Part shown: piece by piece, positions 46,301 through 55,571 of the stretch | Layout of the letters: the number at the start of each line of letters is the position of its first letter | How positions within the stretch are numbered: the first letter of the stretch is position 1 | Virus record (IMG/VR): IMGVR_UViG_3300042541_000805 | Location: 55-64,054 of that record | Direction: 5' to 3' (one strand) | DNA: 64,000 nucleotides | DNA from: a virus | Lineage: Duplodnaviria; Caudoviricetes | The notes under the pieces: model-generated | What the model saw: only the letters and a program-made list of their open reading frames with translations | What the model was told of the DNA's origin: nothing | Databases searched by the model: none | Position numbers and translations under genes: made by a program

Positions 46301-49300
46301 TAACATTTACAATGTCCGCAATTGTATTCTCCAAAGAAAGTATAGCAGCCTTTTTAATTTTTACCTGCTCACTAGTTAGTTTACCCTTAGCTAAATTTAA
46401 TGTAGCTCTCTTTAATCTTTCTCTTTTTTGGTTTAATAAATCAAGAAATTGTTTTTTGTTTAAAGAGTTAGGATCACTTTTATATTTTACTTCAATATCA
46501 CTAAGTGGTATTGGAGCTTCTACTACTTCTTGTTTCTTTTCAGCCAACCCTTTTGGGTTTTCTTTTTCAGCAATTTTAGCTTTTTTAGCAGCTTCTTTTT
46601 CAGCAGCTTTAGCTTGTCTTTTAGCTTCTTTATCAAACTCTCTTTTTTGGATTTTATTCCACTTATCTACAAGACCTTTTTGTGCTTCTGCTTTTGTATC
46701 AAAACCATCTTCCGATAATTCTTCCCCATTTAAATCTTCAGCATTCCAAGTAACATTACCTTCCTCATCAATATTCTTGATTAAATTACCAATTGAATCC
46801 CCATCATCTGTAATTAACTCTACTGCTATTTTTGATATATATTCATACTCTCTCCCATTCTCACCTGTCTTATAATCATAATCATAATCTACAGCATTAT
46901 CTTTTGTAAACTTCTCATGACTTACTTGTTTTTCTGTAATTGGAATATATTGTTCAACTTCAATAGTAGGTTCAGCAACCACTTCAGCAACAGGTTCAGC
47001 AACTTTCTCAGCAACTTCTACTACTTCTTGTTTCTTTTCGCTGCTGACAGGGCGATTGCGATTATCTGCTTTTGGCTTCTCGGCTTCCCTTGTGCTCCCT
47101 TTTCTTTCCCCTGCTTTAGGTTGTCTTTCTTTAGTTCCTTTACGTTGAACGATACCGCCTTGCTCACCGCCTTGGGTGATTGGCTTGATGCTGATTTCAA
47201 TGGCATTTTTTTCTTCTTTTAAGTTAGTTATTTCTTCTTCTGTAAGACCATCAGGTTCTGCTAACATAGCATCAATTTCTGCAATCTTATCTTGTTGTTC
47301 TTCTGTTAATGCTAAAGGAGTAGTTACTTCTTGAGCTAAAATAGCATTTATCTCACCTGTTTTATCTGTGAAAATAGCATTTTCTTTTTCAGTTAATTTT
47401 GATTTTTCTTTTACTTTATTAGCAATATCATTTAATCTTTTTTCTGTTACAATACCTTTGTCAACAAAATTATTATATTCTTTTTCAGAAACTACCTCTA
47501 ATGGTTTACCTTTTTCTAAAGTTGATTCTAGTTTTATCCCTTTAGGTTTATTTAACTCCGCCTCTTCAAATAACATAATTCCTTTCAACGGAGAGTCAAT
47601 AGGAGTTATTTTACCATCTATTTCTTTTTCTACACCATATTCTGTTTTACGATATATAATTTCTTTATTATTTTCTATAGTAAAAGCCTGATCATTATAA
47701 AAATCAATTTGTGCTTCTAAATTAACTCTCTCTAATCTATTTTCTCGTGTTGGGTTTAAATTTAATTCATCTAATTTTGATTGTGCTAAATCAATATTAT
47801 CAATAATTTTTTTAATCTCTACAGGTTTTTCAATAGAAAGTTCAGATATACTTTTGAGTTGGTTATCTCTTTCTGCTATCTGAGATTTTATATCATCAAT
47901 ATTAAATTGAATAGGTGCTAGTAATGCAGGATCAATTCCTTTTGCCTTTTCTTCTTCTTGAGCTAAAGCATCTTCCAATACAGTCTTTTCATTTAATATC
48001 TCTAATGCCTCACTTCTTTTTTCCTCTGAAATATTATCAGGGATTTTAAAGTTATTTGTAGCAGATAAGTTAATATATTGTAATGCCTCATCTGCTTCCT
48101 CTTGAGTTATTTGATTTGATTCAGCTTGTTTTTTAATCTCATCAACCATAACAGGTATAGCTTCAGCTCCATTAGGTGCAGATGCTACAGACGCTAAAGT
48201 TCTTTTATCAGTTAAATCTCCTGATATTACAGAAGCAAATCCACCCATAAATCCACCACCAATAGCTTCTTGACCTGCAGCTTTAATAACTCTGCCCATC
48301 ATGCTACCCATAGAGCCATTATCAAATATTGCTTTACCTTTATATTTGTTAAGAGCCTCTTCAAGACCTATAGTAGCGGCTTCTTGTGATCCTCCTGTAA
48401 GACCTTCTATTAAAGCAGCGTCTGTAATTCTTATCCCAGACTTAATCGCTTTTTTAGAAATGGTATTAATAACATTAGAAGCCTCTTGAGATATTAATTT
48501 AGCTGTTATTTTTTTCCCTTGTGATGCTAATCTATCAATAATTAATCCAGTTAATTTATCACTAAAAGCATTAAATGCTTTTGATTTAGAAAACACTTTA
48601 TCAAGACCGTATTTTTCAAGCATAGAATTAACACCACCTACACTAAGTGCAAACATTGATTTTTCAGTTTCAGATAAATCATTAGCAAATTTTGAGTTAT
48701 TAATACTTTGAAGACCCGAATCATATCCTTGAGCAAATAGCCCAATACCACCGGGAATAAGCATTGCAGGAACAGATTCAGCTAAACCTCCTATAGAGCC
48801 TATAACAAAATCATCATCATATAATTTCTTTTGTTCTTTTGATTGCTCTGCTCCAATGGTTTCACCTATAATCTTACGTAGATAAGGAGTTACGCTATTT
48901 CTAATTGCAATTGCTGTTGCTTCTTTTGGAACATATGAAGGAGCTGCTTGGGTAATAAAATCTGTAGCACCTGCTACTACGCTACCTGTTCCAGTTAAAA
49001 GTTTATTATATAGATATTTACTAAATTCAGCTACACCGCCTGTTGCAGCCATTCCCATACCTTCTACGGGAGCATATTGAGAGCTAACTAAAGGTGCATT
49101 TTTAACTTGCTTTTCAGCTTTTCCACCCATACCCTGTACAGGTGCATACATTGAACTAGCAAGTGGGGAAGGAACGGAGCCATTCGAAGACTCGAACCCA
49201 ATATCTTTTTTTTTTAATCCAAATATATTATTGAAATCTTCTACAGATGAACCTATTTGACTTTTATCAAAGAGGCTTCTATCACCAAACTCAGCTTTAG

Positions 49301-49472
49301 GCGTTAATAAAGCATCATAAAGCGTTTTAGCGTTATCTGCATTTGATAAGATTTTAGCAAATTCTTCTGGGTTTGATCCTATTTGAGATTTATCAAATAA
49401 AGCCCTATTTTGAGTACTTGCAGATGGAGTTACCAACGCATTATAAAGGGTTTTTAAATTTTCATTATTCAT
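40314..49472 (-). CDS. Giant (3052 aa) virion / ejection protein with zincin-like HExxH domain
   Basis: Position after muzzle and pilot-like genes; VYGLTKDGHVYLNP...TPIHEVGHIW metallopeptidase-like motif; own -7 box 49492-49499. Confidence 0.8.
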   Translation of the reverse strand: MNNENLKTLYNALVTPSASTQNRALFDKSQIGSNPEEFAKILSNADNAKTLYDALLTPKAEFGDRSLFDKSQIGSSVEDFNNIFGLKKKDIGFESSNGSVPSPLASSMYAPVQGMGGKAEKQVKNAPLVSSQYAPVEGMGMAATGGVAEFSKYLYNKLLTGTGSVVAGATDFITQAAPSYVPKEATAIAIRNSVTPYLRKIIGETIGAEQSKEQKKLYDDDFVIGSIGGLAESVPAMLIPGGIGLFAQGYDSGLQSINNSKFANDLSETEKSMFALSVGGVNSMLEKYGLDKVFSKSKAFNAFSDKLTGLIIDRLASQGKKITAKLISQEASNVINTISKKAIKSGIRITDAALIEGLTGGSQEAATIGLEEALNKYKGKAIFDNGSMGSMMGRVIKAAGQEAIGGGFMGGFASVISGDLTDKRTLASVASAPNGAEAIPVMVDEIKKQAESNQITQEEADEALQYINLSATNNFKIPDNISEEKRSEALEILNEKTVLEDALAQEEEKAKGIDPALLAPIQFNIDDIKSQIAERDNQLKSISELSIEKPVEIKKIIDNIDLAQSKLDELNLNPTRENRLERVNLEAQIDFYNDQAFTIENNKEIIYRKTEYGVEKEIDGKITPIDSPLKGIMLFEEAELNKPKGIKLESTLEKGKPLEVVSEKEYNNFVDKGIVTEKRLNDIANKVKEKSKLTEKENAIFTDKTGEINAILAQEVTTPLALTEEQQDKIAEIDAMLAEPDGLTEEEITNLKEEKNAIEISIKPITQGGEQGGIVQRKGTKERQPKAGERKGSTREAEKPKADNRNRPVSSEKKQEVVEVAEKVAEPVAEVVAEPTIEVEQYIPITEKQVSHEKFTKDNAVDYDYDYKTGENGREYEYISKIAVELITDDGDSIGNLIKNIDEEGNVTWNAEDLNGEELSEDGFDTKAEAQKGLVDKWNKIQKREFDKEAKRQAKAAEKEAAKKAKIAEKENPKGLAEKKQEVVEAPIPLSDIEVKYKSDPNSLNKKQFLDLLNQKRERLKRATLNLAKGKLTSEQVKIKKAAILSLENTIADIVNVINKSQGKKLKIAKKEDVAFSKKQYVIEDTESIVDEINKLEGVNIEVDPSESTLSKGKLDIKSIKNRKGLAKQPNIVTIADYKGIPIMVTISDELTTGDVVNPITGNKIDNLNGGNLFPYSKGNTGYAWAYTDTDTATDTLNVAKSIYNNNQELFDKLWADGKLPKNHIPVAVVKMGKSAMSSNEAVIRQIIDNLSDGVIPKENKVNAFNLLEGDIKNQLSVVQKRINKANGDPTPADMASSRGYKKILELLKTVKSFDELLKRSTELDIGTRPLLISRFTSGKADLIPSESKLTVKKDVAKALIGDLPKAEIKRINLGNLIDNLADKSLENVPDKHIISFVGIDISEDKPVIIKTHPNYPAALKGQGLGVLEETSHLASVMPAAYGNIVNKLLTAERKGKKVSGNEMVSAGLPAALNNVVLRNKPIGESPNDLNKIIGYLQLSFPKVQFFTDENTWGDVLDSENVKKFVKENEVVYGLTKDGHVYLNPEFSSLNTPIHEVGHIWIDLLENSNSALFNKGLDLVKGTKEFSDATEMYGDTLKAKKEALAILIGNRGESITDAAKKSKFKEWLVGLYKYIQEKFPSLKNLTPKQVENLTLEEFIDGALKDILGAKEVSFKASKKTKEVLFRKIKDETKKIELTDEQKSRKAIKESPLANDLTQYAYEGIKNKTIKSIDNFKAEIKKKFNLDFGRNTPTELTKIYDDAKVKFLGEKERVSMSFEDYLKDRNISYKQGKAEGRETSKAKMKISDEIFNTAIDYLKSKKIGIVKQNILKGLITKAAKVSSTKNLDLFINKVDSIMAKAEFIEKYITAQKIKKALSTKNKGNATQLIARLKTINLKYLSENDIDNFIDVSKQLLTSKPNMASLVDKINEVLSAEQTSLKEALDRTYNSLGAETADGGKFMNIKEIYQNLNKFVELNLINKDQATEVEVKYAKENLTKSLNKTYDNINEFIDSEQEIESLDDYLSLKRSIKAYNRVLNKINSILPDFKADPILLSEVEGRIEDELSEPIREEIAKFKESIVSDATDIAVDLKDYTLSKQFKEDADVSDDTFTLLSSDLSAFANSVTEDVLNEMSIEEIADFMFYSEQAMEGYVHPEIYDSYNKVATILFKNDITSDLAKVIEGDTAFAKDIKKMDSEYDGAKTKSDLSNIMTTHAKHNVDSFLGMGDVNLYYNNIYQPYGTALARKDFITAKNNTEFVKISNAVDKLKVSVKVKKGVFFGKVVGSLKTSDIGKVVGYDKSMQDVKHAIAILIQQLDYISNLPNAEKAKYKDYAGYVIENKNSFIKNAKSDDATKRIEDLMKDYEKAYDIIKRLDPSVGNENSILHTPEGVEKVINKLGGIDEVLGNYIKVFRKTIKSYESFTEINSIKKGEQYLAAINYAPRQYATGAIGKDITGKDFAESISKGSDAFQNLKKNSSATYSRVGDGLAPRIIDPERILQMHSNDVMMEYSLKGIIENSIDALKLAENKSKSEGEQRFLTACRDSISLMLQTEFIVGQSKGGDKLISTLLNTQNTLLVTNDIRQPSDYLSNLEKVATSEEGAKIMMKFVEEKFGKLTNTYDADYIEELNNRDKAAYEIATQLGGEFLWSEAEKTAGQTSASIQGQMIQGNKAIKTAWADRLIVAQTYLPLFIKNFEKISGTKFDANAYNENPQKYYLDNIREFTKARDEADLFIAKNLISKNPLSKAEYITLIPIINRWKIPRKDKWMRTIFNLTGYNNNDSEVIKALMVDIYKGNGNRNNKSVALAGRISRSVVSQMIYIATMDIAIGLITAGIETIGSAIGERDEEKLLDAKYFVEEYNQFKEQWLTGDAFTQDFLGAITTMSLGRFQNIARPIVALSLFFLKKSGQFSENKKENEAKYNTAIKAGRSANLFLNSYPTQYKIGMVAGVEAASAISGLSYLGGILSSNADIISDMANGKQFDKELGREAVAMQATQTLNLAVLLWNKNYNPRFAGNLNKVSQGFLYEIKAEQYKNRRKDIRKSNEDGFGKDD
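47021..47206 (-). CDS. Nested +1-frame small basic protein (MPLK...KQIIAIALSAA type)
   Basis: Complete ATG-to-stop ORF inside the giant gene, A-rich start context, resembles a widespread small phage protein pattern. Confidence 0.7.
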   Translation of the reverse strand: MPLKSASSQSPKAVSKAVSFNVKELKKDNLKQGKEKGAQGKPRSQKQIIAIALSAAKRNKK

Positions 49473-49526
49473 ATCAATATCTATATAGATACAAATATAT
49501 GATAATTTTTAATGATTTTACTAGCT

Positions 49527-50792
49527 TTATTTTACTGGTTTAAAGCCTACATTTCCTAATATAGGAGTTGTAGCTTTAGTTGAAGTAGCTTTAGCATTTT
49601 CTTTAATAATCTGTACTATAGGCTTCCTATATTTAATTTTATTTTCTGTATTTTCAAATGTTTTTTCCATTACAGGTTTTAATATCTCATAGTTAACATC
49701 TGCATAGCCTCTTTTTGTACCAGATGTTTCAAGTAATCCATTTACATTAAATGCATAATCAAAAAACTTACCGACTTTAGGTATTTCTATAACCTTATAT
49801 TTAGCAAATGTTCCATCTGTATTATATTCTGCTCTTTTAACAACATCTTTATTTAAACCATGCTCTACTTTAGACCCTTCAGGTAAGAATTTCATATACA
49901 TATCCCAAGCTGATTTATCTCCCTCATACATACGTTTTAATAAAGCACCTCTTTCTACAGCAGTAGCTACCTGATATGGCTTAATACCAATTTGGTCAAA
50001 ATAGTTTTCTTGTTTGCTAGTACCTGTAGTTTTAGATTGGTCAGCTACACCTATGAAGTATCCAACTAAATCATCTCTATATGCTTTATTTATTTCTTGT
50101 ATTTTTTCGGTTTCAGATAAATTTTTTGTTTTATCTTTTAAATATTCTTCATTTCTGCTTATAAATTTCTGAATTGCCTTTCTACCAGTTTCCGTATTTG
50201 CTATAGCATTTATATAATTATCTGCTGCGACAATAATTTTAGGCATTAAATTAGCAGTATTCTTATATGTAACATTACCAATTTCCTCAGTAACACTCTT
50301 ACTAGCAAATCCTTTTTTGATATCTAATTCGTAATCTTGATCATCAATACGTTTAAGTCTATTAAAATCAATTCCCCCTAATTTACTTGTAGGAGTTGCA
50401 ATAATTTCATCAATATAAGCTGAACTTTTAGGGTCAAAATCTTTTTCAAATCTTCTTCTTAATAATGGAACATCATATTGTTCTTTAGCTGATTTTGAAA
50501 TATTAACGAATGCATTTAATTCATTTAACTTTCTAGCTACTTCTGTTTGACCCTCAATGCTTTGTAAATCAGCTTTTGAGCCATAATTTATAAGATCATT
50601 ATATTTTTCTTTAAATATATTTACATCACCCTGTCTTAAATTAGATGAGTCAATCTTAGCCATTTGATTAATAAAGCCAGCTTCTCTTTTATCCTGATCA
50701 AATTTTTCTTTAGCCATAAGATTACCAGCCATAGAAATTAGCTTATCATTATTTATAATCGTTGCTGGTGCTTGTAATGAATCGAATACCAT
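49527..50792 (-). CDS. Probable internal virion / ejection protein
   Basis: Start revised to MVFDSLQ; helical; between pilot-like and giant genes. Confidence 0.6.
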   Translation of the reverse strand: MVFDSLQAPATIINNDKLISMAGNLMAKEKFDQDKREAGFINQMAKIDSSNLRQGDVNIFKEKYNDLINYGSKADLQSIEGQTEVARKLNELNAFVNISKSAKEQYDVPLLRRRFEKDFDPKSSAYIDEIIATPTSKLGGIDFNRLKRIDDQDYELDIKKGFASKSVTEEIGNVTYKNTANLMPKIIVAADNYINAIANTETGRKAIQKFISRNEEYLKDKTKNLSETEKIQEINKAYRDDLVGYFIGVADQSKTTGTSKQENYFDQIGIKPYQVATAVERGALLKRMYEGDKSAWDMYMKFLPEGSKVEHGLNKDVVKRAEYNTDGTFAKYKVIEIPKVGKFFDYAFNVNGLLETSGTKRGYADVNYEILKPVMEKTFENTENKIKYRKPIVQIIKENAKATSTKATTPILGNVGFKPVK

Positions 50793-50799
50793 AGTTATA

Positions 50800-51525
50800 T
50801 TAATAATTGTACATAGTGTTATAAGCAGTTTCATTTAAACCTTGGCTAGGACTAATTTGATTACTCATCATACCAAAACCCATATTAAATGAAGATGGTC
50901 TTAATCCCATCGTATTAGGTGCACTAGGAGGTAAAGGACTCATTGTTTCTAATTGATCTATACCATTTTTTTCTCCAAATGTAGTAGCATTTTTACCTAA
51001 ACCATAATATTGTTTCATCATATCATTCATACTATATGCTTGACCTGCTCCAACAATATTCTGTATACCTGCACTCATTAATGCAGAGTTAGCTTGTGCT
51101 CTTCTTAAATAATCTTGTTGTTGAATAGCAAACTGCTTATCTTTAGCACCTGCAATAGCGGCTCTAGCATTAGCAACCTGAAGGTCACCTCTAAGTCTTG
51201 CATCAGCATCCATAGCAGCTAATTTATTAGCCTGATCTGCTTGTGCTTGTGCTAATCCAGATACACCTGTAGCAACCATATTTCTATCTTGCAACTTAGT
51301 TAAGCCTGCCGCAGTACCACGAGCCATTTGCTGTTCTGCCAATTGCCTAGAAGCAGATGGTAATCCACCAGCAGCTCTCATTTGAGCAGCAGCTAAATTT
51401 TGTTGATACTCACCCGGCATTGTATATTGCGGGGCTTTATTTTTAGAAGCAGCCATTAGACCTCCAATTCCTTGGATAGCTCCTAATCCTGCTTGTACTC
51501 CTAATAAGGCTAATGGTAAAGGCAT
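50800..51525 (-). CDS. Ala/Gly/Gln-rich pilot-like ejection protein
   Basis: Hydrophobic Gly-rich N-terminus, Ala/Gln coiled coil. Confidence 0.65.
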   Translation of the reverse strand: MPLPLALLGVQAGLGAIQGIGGLMAASKNKAPQYTMPGEYQQNLAAAQMRAAGGLPSASRQLAEQQMARGTAAGLTKLQDRNMVATGVSGLAQAQADQANKLAAMDADARLRGDLQVANARAAIAGAKDKQFAIQQQDYLRRAQANSALMSAGIQNIVGAGQAYSMNDMMKQYYGLGKNATTFGEKNGIDQLETMSPLPPSAPNTMGLRPSSFNMGFGMMSNQISPSQGLNETAYNTMYNY

Positions 51526-51573
51526 AGTTATTTAAATAATATTACAAATATAATCAATTTTATTGGATAGCGT

Positions 51574-54500
51574 TTATTTAGATACTACAAAACCAACCGA
51601 TGTTGAGTATAGCCCAATATCGTCTGTAGAACCATTTGTTAATGTTGTTTTAATCCAAACACCCTTTAGTGTATCTCCGTTAAGCAGAGGGTCTGTTACA
51701 GGTGTTGTTGTATCTCTCCAAAATCTTGAAAGATAGATACCTTCCATTTTTTCAAAGTCAGAAACAATTAAGTTACTTAGTTGACCTAACGAAGTGGTTA
51801 TATAAGGAACAGCCCAAATAGATGGGTCTACACCTGTATATATACCATCGTATCTATCAGCAGGCAACATTGCTGCCTCTTGTGTTATATTTAAGTATGA
51901 CTTAGTCATCTCTGGTGCTATTGCAGAAACATACTCTATTGAACGAACTGCTTGATTTCCATAGAATAAATTCCTAGTATTATTATTGTTATGCCTCCAC
52001 ATTTTAGCATTAATGCTTGTCCAAGAGAATAATTCTCCAAAAACTCCAACAATACAACTAGGGTATATTTCAAGTTTACTTGTCCATCCACTTACCACCT
52101 CATTAAATACAATAGATGGGTAAACAATAGGGTCTTCCCCTTGTGATAAAACTTCAGGGCATAAAACATATAAACTATTATCTTCATCCCAAGCACCATA
52201 AAATCTAGGCTTTTGAGTTGTTAATGTTAAATTAGCATCTTTATAAGTATTAAACATATCTGTAAAGTATGACTTCATACTCATATCAGAAATCTTAATA
52301 ATCCCATTACCTCCTATTTTACAAACTGCATTATTCTTAATGTCAACAAAATATTTATTAAATTGGTTGTATGCAAATGACTCAGGGTTATTATTAATAC
52401 CACCTACATAGTCATAGTATCTACAATCGTTTAGTAATGTGTTAGATAAGATAAGACTTGATGAACCATCTTGGTTATAAACCATTTGTCTATTTACAGG
52501 AATTGTACCTGTTTTATTTTCTTGGAAGTTGTAAAGCATAAATCCATCTAAATGGAATAGTTTTATAGCCCCAAATGTTTGGTCATAATCTTTAAATGAA
52601 GTAGCGTATACTCTATTGATATTATTTACATTAGAATCTGCATAGTATGCATCTGAATGATATGCTGTAGCTTTTCTAAACAATTGCCTTGCATCCTGAT
52701 CAAATGCATTTGCACGACCTATATTAGATGTTTTAACAGGATATCTATCTGATTGGTAATCTGATTCTAATATAGTAATACTACCTAATGCTACTGGAGT
52801 TAAATAAGTCGGAGCAGGTTTATTAACTAATAATTGTGTTGATTTATACCATACATCTCCCTCAACAGATTGCATTACCAATGGAATATCTAATGGGCTT
52901 AAAGATGATTGCGTTTGGTCTACTCCTGATTTGTTATCAGGGATATGGTATCTTGTAGATAATCCAACATCGCCAATAGTTCCACCCATTGCAATTTCAT
53001 AGAATAATTCATTTTCTGCATTTAATACAGTATATAAATTAGGTCTATAAACCTCAATAATAACACCTTTAAAAGCATCTTCATTATCTGTTGGAAATGT
53101 TGTTGGCAAAGGAATTTTTAAACTACCATTTGTATTTACTCCCAATATTGGCAAATCCTCATGACTTGTAATATAAGTACCATTTGCATATCTAATAAAC
53201 CTAAGCCTATCTCCTTCTGCAAACTCATAAGATAACTTAGATCCTGTTAGATTATTATAATCAGGTAAATTAGATAATGCATTGTTAAAATTCAATTCAA
53301 ATATAATACCATTAGTAGCAACATTATTAACAGTAAACTGCAAGAATGAATTTACTATTCTTCTTTTAGTTCTTAATATTTGAAATCTTTCAGCCCATAC
53401 AGGCGGTCTAGATTTAACTGTAATTACAGCATTAGGTATTCCTTTTTCTGGTGCAAATGGCACACTTACCTCACATAATTGATTCGTTACAACTGTTGAA
53501 AGTTTACCTGTTCTATCTAAATATTCAATAGCATATCTATATGAGTCGCCATTTTTAAGCCCATTTTTAATAAAACCTCCCGATGTTAATACACTTGCAC
53601 TAGCTACTAAAGATTTTTCTACTACATCTCTCTCTTGGTTTGTTGCAAATATCTTTATAGAATAAGGATCACCAATTGTTTGGTATGAAACAATACCAAT
53701 ATTATTAATATTAATTTTTGCTGTTAACCCAAGAATACAATCATTTAGGGTATCCCCTTGCTTAGAGTCATAATTATAAAAAAACTTTTCACCTTGATAT
53801 GTTATATTTACTAAAAATAAAGTTCCTTCTGGGATTACAGCATTTATTAGAGCTCCTGAAAATGTAATATTAGACCCACTATTTGTATATACAGTTCCTG
53901 TAATAGCAGGATCTATTGAACCTGTTACCTCTTCATCAACCAAATTATTATATCTAGGTAAAATAATAATAACATTATTATGTGGTCTATATATTTTTAA
54001 ATTTGGGTTTGATAACAAAAAGTTAATATAAACAGTATTATCTAAATCAGAAAATGAAGCTGGAGGAAGAGTAAAACCAGCTCCATTGCCTGAAGGTATT
54101 TCTGAAAATGATACTGAATAAGGTATTAGTAGCGTATTACCATAAGTTCTATATACTGCCATTTGTGCAACAGTAGCACTTGTTGTTATTGTAACGCTAT
54201 TTGGGGTAGCTGTATTATTAATAGATGCTAACATATCTATTACAGGTAAATCATACCCTTCTGTAACACCACCATATACTACATTTGAACCATTAACTAG
54301 TTCTTGTGCTTCTGATTTTAATGGAACCCTATCATATTCTAAATTTGATTCAGCAACATCTAGAGCAATTAATTGTCTATTATTACTAAATAAATAATTA
54401 TTGTAAGTAGATATACTAATTGTAGGTATTGATGATAATGTAATTTGTTGTGTTTTTGCTGTTTCTGCTACTGGAACATATTCTGTTACAGTAAATAAAA

Positions 54501-55569
54501 ACCCTGCATTACCAACAAAATAAATAATATTAGTATTAGGCTCCACATAAATTGACATATTACCACTAGTAACATTTTCGGTAAAATTAAACTGTGTAAC
54601 TAAATCTAATGCAGCAGCATATAATCCAATTGTAGATGTTGTTGTTTTTGTAACATAACCACTACCAGTATCAACTCTTAATGTAACTCCATTTTCACTT
54701 GCTGTTAATATTTGAACAGCTACTTTAACATAATTCTTTTGTACATCTGTATCAATAATATCACATATACCAAAATCTCCACTATTCCCTAATCTTGAAG
54801 CTAACTCAACACGTTTAATTTCAGTATTAGGAATTAAATATTTGAAGTTTAATGCGTTATTAATATAATTTGGTTGAGTTTGTTCTGTACTTGGGAAAAA
54901 TAAATCACCCATTGTAGATATCTCAGATATAGGAGAAAATGTAGACTTAGTATTATCTTGATAAACGTATCTATATTTAAATTGAAAAAAGTTTCCTCTA
55001 ATATTATTCCCAGAAAATGTAAAATTAGTTATAGGCGTAACATCTTTAGGTTCTTCTAAAGGAGGTTGTTTAGCTGCTAAAATCTGCAACTCTGTAGTTA
55101 ACTCTCCTGCCTTAGCTCTAACAATATCAATATTCCTAGGCTCATTAATAGTATCTGTATATAATAGATATTTACCATCAACAACATTAGCCCCTGTGAT
55201 ACGCATTGTATCGGTGAATTTTAATATGCTACTTTTTATAACTTGAGTTACAACTCTTGTTTGAACATCTACTTCATAGATTGCGTGATTAGATGTACTA
55301 GTTGAACAACTAACAAAATAATATATTTTATAGTTAGGTAAATCAACACACTTACCTATTACCTTTTTAGCAGCTACTGTTGAATAAGATGTAGTTACTT
55401 CTGTGGTGCCTTTAAAGCCCTTTACAAGACCTATACCACTATCGATGGCACTTAGTATTAAACAATTGTATGCATCGCTGTAATCGCCTCTAAACTTATC
55501 TAGAGAGAACAAGCGTTCATCAATATCCGAGTTTAATCGACCAGTAAAGTTTTTTCTATCTGTATTCAT
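51574..55569 (-). CDS. Tail muzzle / stabilization protein (crAss-like, P22 gp10-like)
   Basis: 1331 aa beta-rich; N-terminal LNSDIDERL...YSDAYN; LLYTDTINEPRNID; GGINNNPESF; C-terminal LKGVW. Confidence 0.8.
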   Translation of the reverse strand: MNTDRKNFTGRLNSDIDERLFSLDKFRGDYSDAYNCLILSAIDSGIGLVKGFKGTTEVTTSYSTVAAKKVIGKCVDLPNYKIYYFVSCSTSTSNHAIYEVDVQTRVVTQVIKSSILKFTDTMRITGANVVDGKYLLYTDTINEPRNIDIVRAKAGELTTELQILAAKQPPLEEPKDVTPITNFTFSGNNIRGNFFQFKYRYVYQDNTKSTFSPISEISTMGDLFFPSTEQTQPNYINNALNFKYLIPNTEIKRVELASRLGNSGDFGICDIIDTDVQKNYVKVAVQILTASENGVTLRVDTGSGYVTKTTTSTIGLYAAALDLVTQFNFTENVTSGNMSIYVEPNTNIIYFVGNAGFLFTVTEYVPVAETAKTQQITLSSIPTISISTYNNYLFSNNRQLIALDVAESNLEYDRVPLKSEAQELVNGSNVVYGGVTEGYDLPVIDMLASINNTATPNSVTITTSATVAQMAVYRTYGNTLLIPYSVSFSEIPSGNGAGFTLPPASFSDLDNTVYINFLLSNPNLKIYRPHNNVIIILPRYNNLVDEEVTGSIDPAITGTVYTNSGSNITFSGALINAVIPEGTLFLVNITYQGEKFFYNYDSKQGDTLNDCILGLTAKININNIGIVSYQTIGDPYSIKIFATNQERDVVEKSLVASASVLTSGGFIKNGLKNGDSYRYAIEYLDRTGKLSTVVTNQLCEVSVPFAPEKGIPNAVITVKSRPPVWAERFQILRTKRRIVNSFLQFTVNNVATNGIIFELNFNNALSNLPDYNNLTGSKLSYEFAEGDRLRFIRYANGTYITSHEDLPILGVNTNGSLKIPLPTTFPTDNEDAFKGVIIEVYRPNLYTVLNAENELFYEIAMGGTIGDVGLSTRYHIPDNKSGVDQTQSSLSPLDIPLVMQSVEGDVWYKSTQLLVNKPAPTYLTPVALGSITILESDYQSDRYPVKTSNIGRANAFDQDARQLFRKATAYHSDAYYADSNVNNINRVYATSFKDYDQTFGAIKLFHLDGFMLYNFQENKTGTIPVNRQMVYNQDGSSSLILSNTLLNDCRYYDYVGGINNNPESFAYNQFNKYFVDIKNNAVCKIGGNGIIKISDMSMKSYFTDMFNTYKDANLTLTTQKPRFYGAWDEDNSLYVLCPEVLSQGEDPIVYPSIVFNEVVSGWTSKLEIYPSCIVGVFGELFSWTSINAKMWRHNNNNTRNLFYGNQAVRSIEYVSAIAPEMTKSYLNITQEAAMLPADRYDGIYTGVDPSIWAVPYITTSLGQLSNLIVSDFEKMEGIYLSRFWRDTTTPVTDPLLNGDTLKGVWIKTTLTNGSTDDIGLYSTSVGFVVSK

Positions 55570-55571
55570 TA

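Noticed and set aside
46111-46875. 254-aa plus-strand ORF and similar antisense ORFs (e.g. 29450, 40801, 45268, 47368, 60292)
   Set aside because: Ser/Phe/Leu-rich antisense shadows of Lys/Glu-rich genes on the opposite strand.
46875-46895. DYDYD in the giant protein as an RNA polymerase DxDxD site
   Set aside because: Lies in an acidic, variable-looking region without the conserved surrounding context of polymerase active sites.
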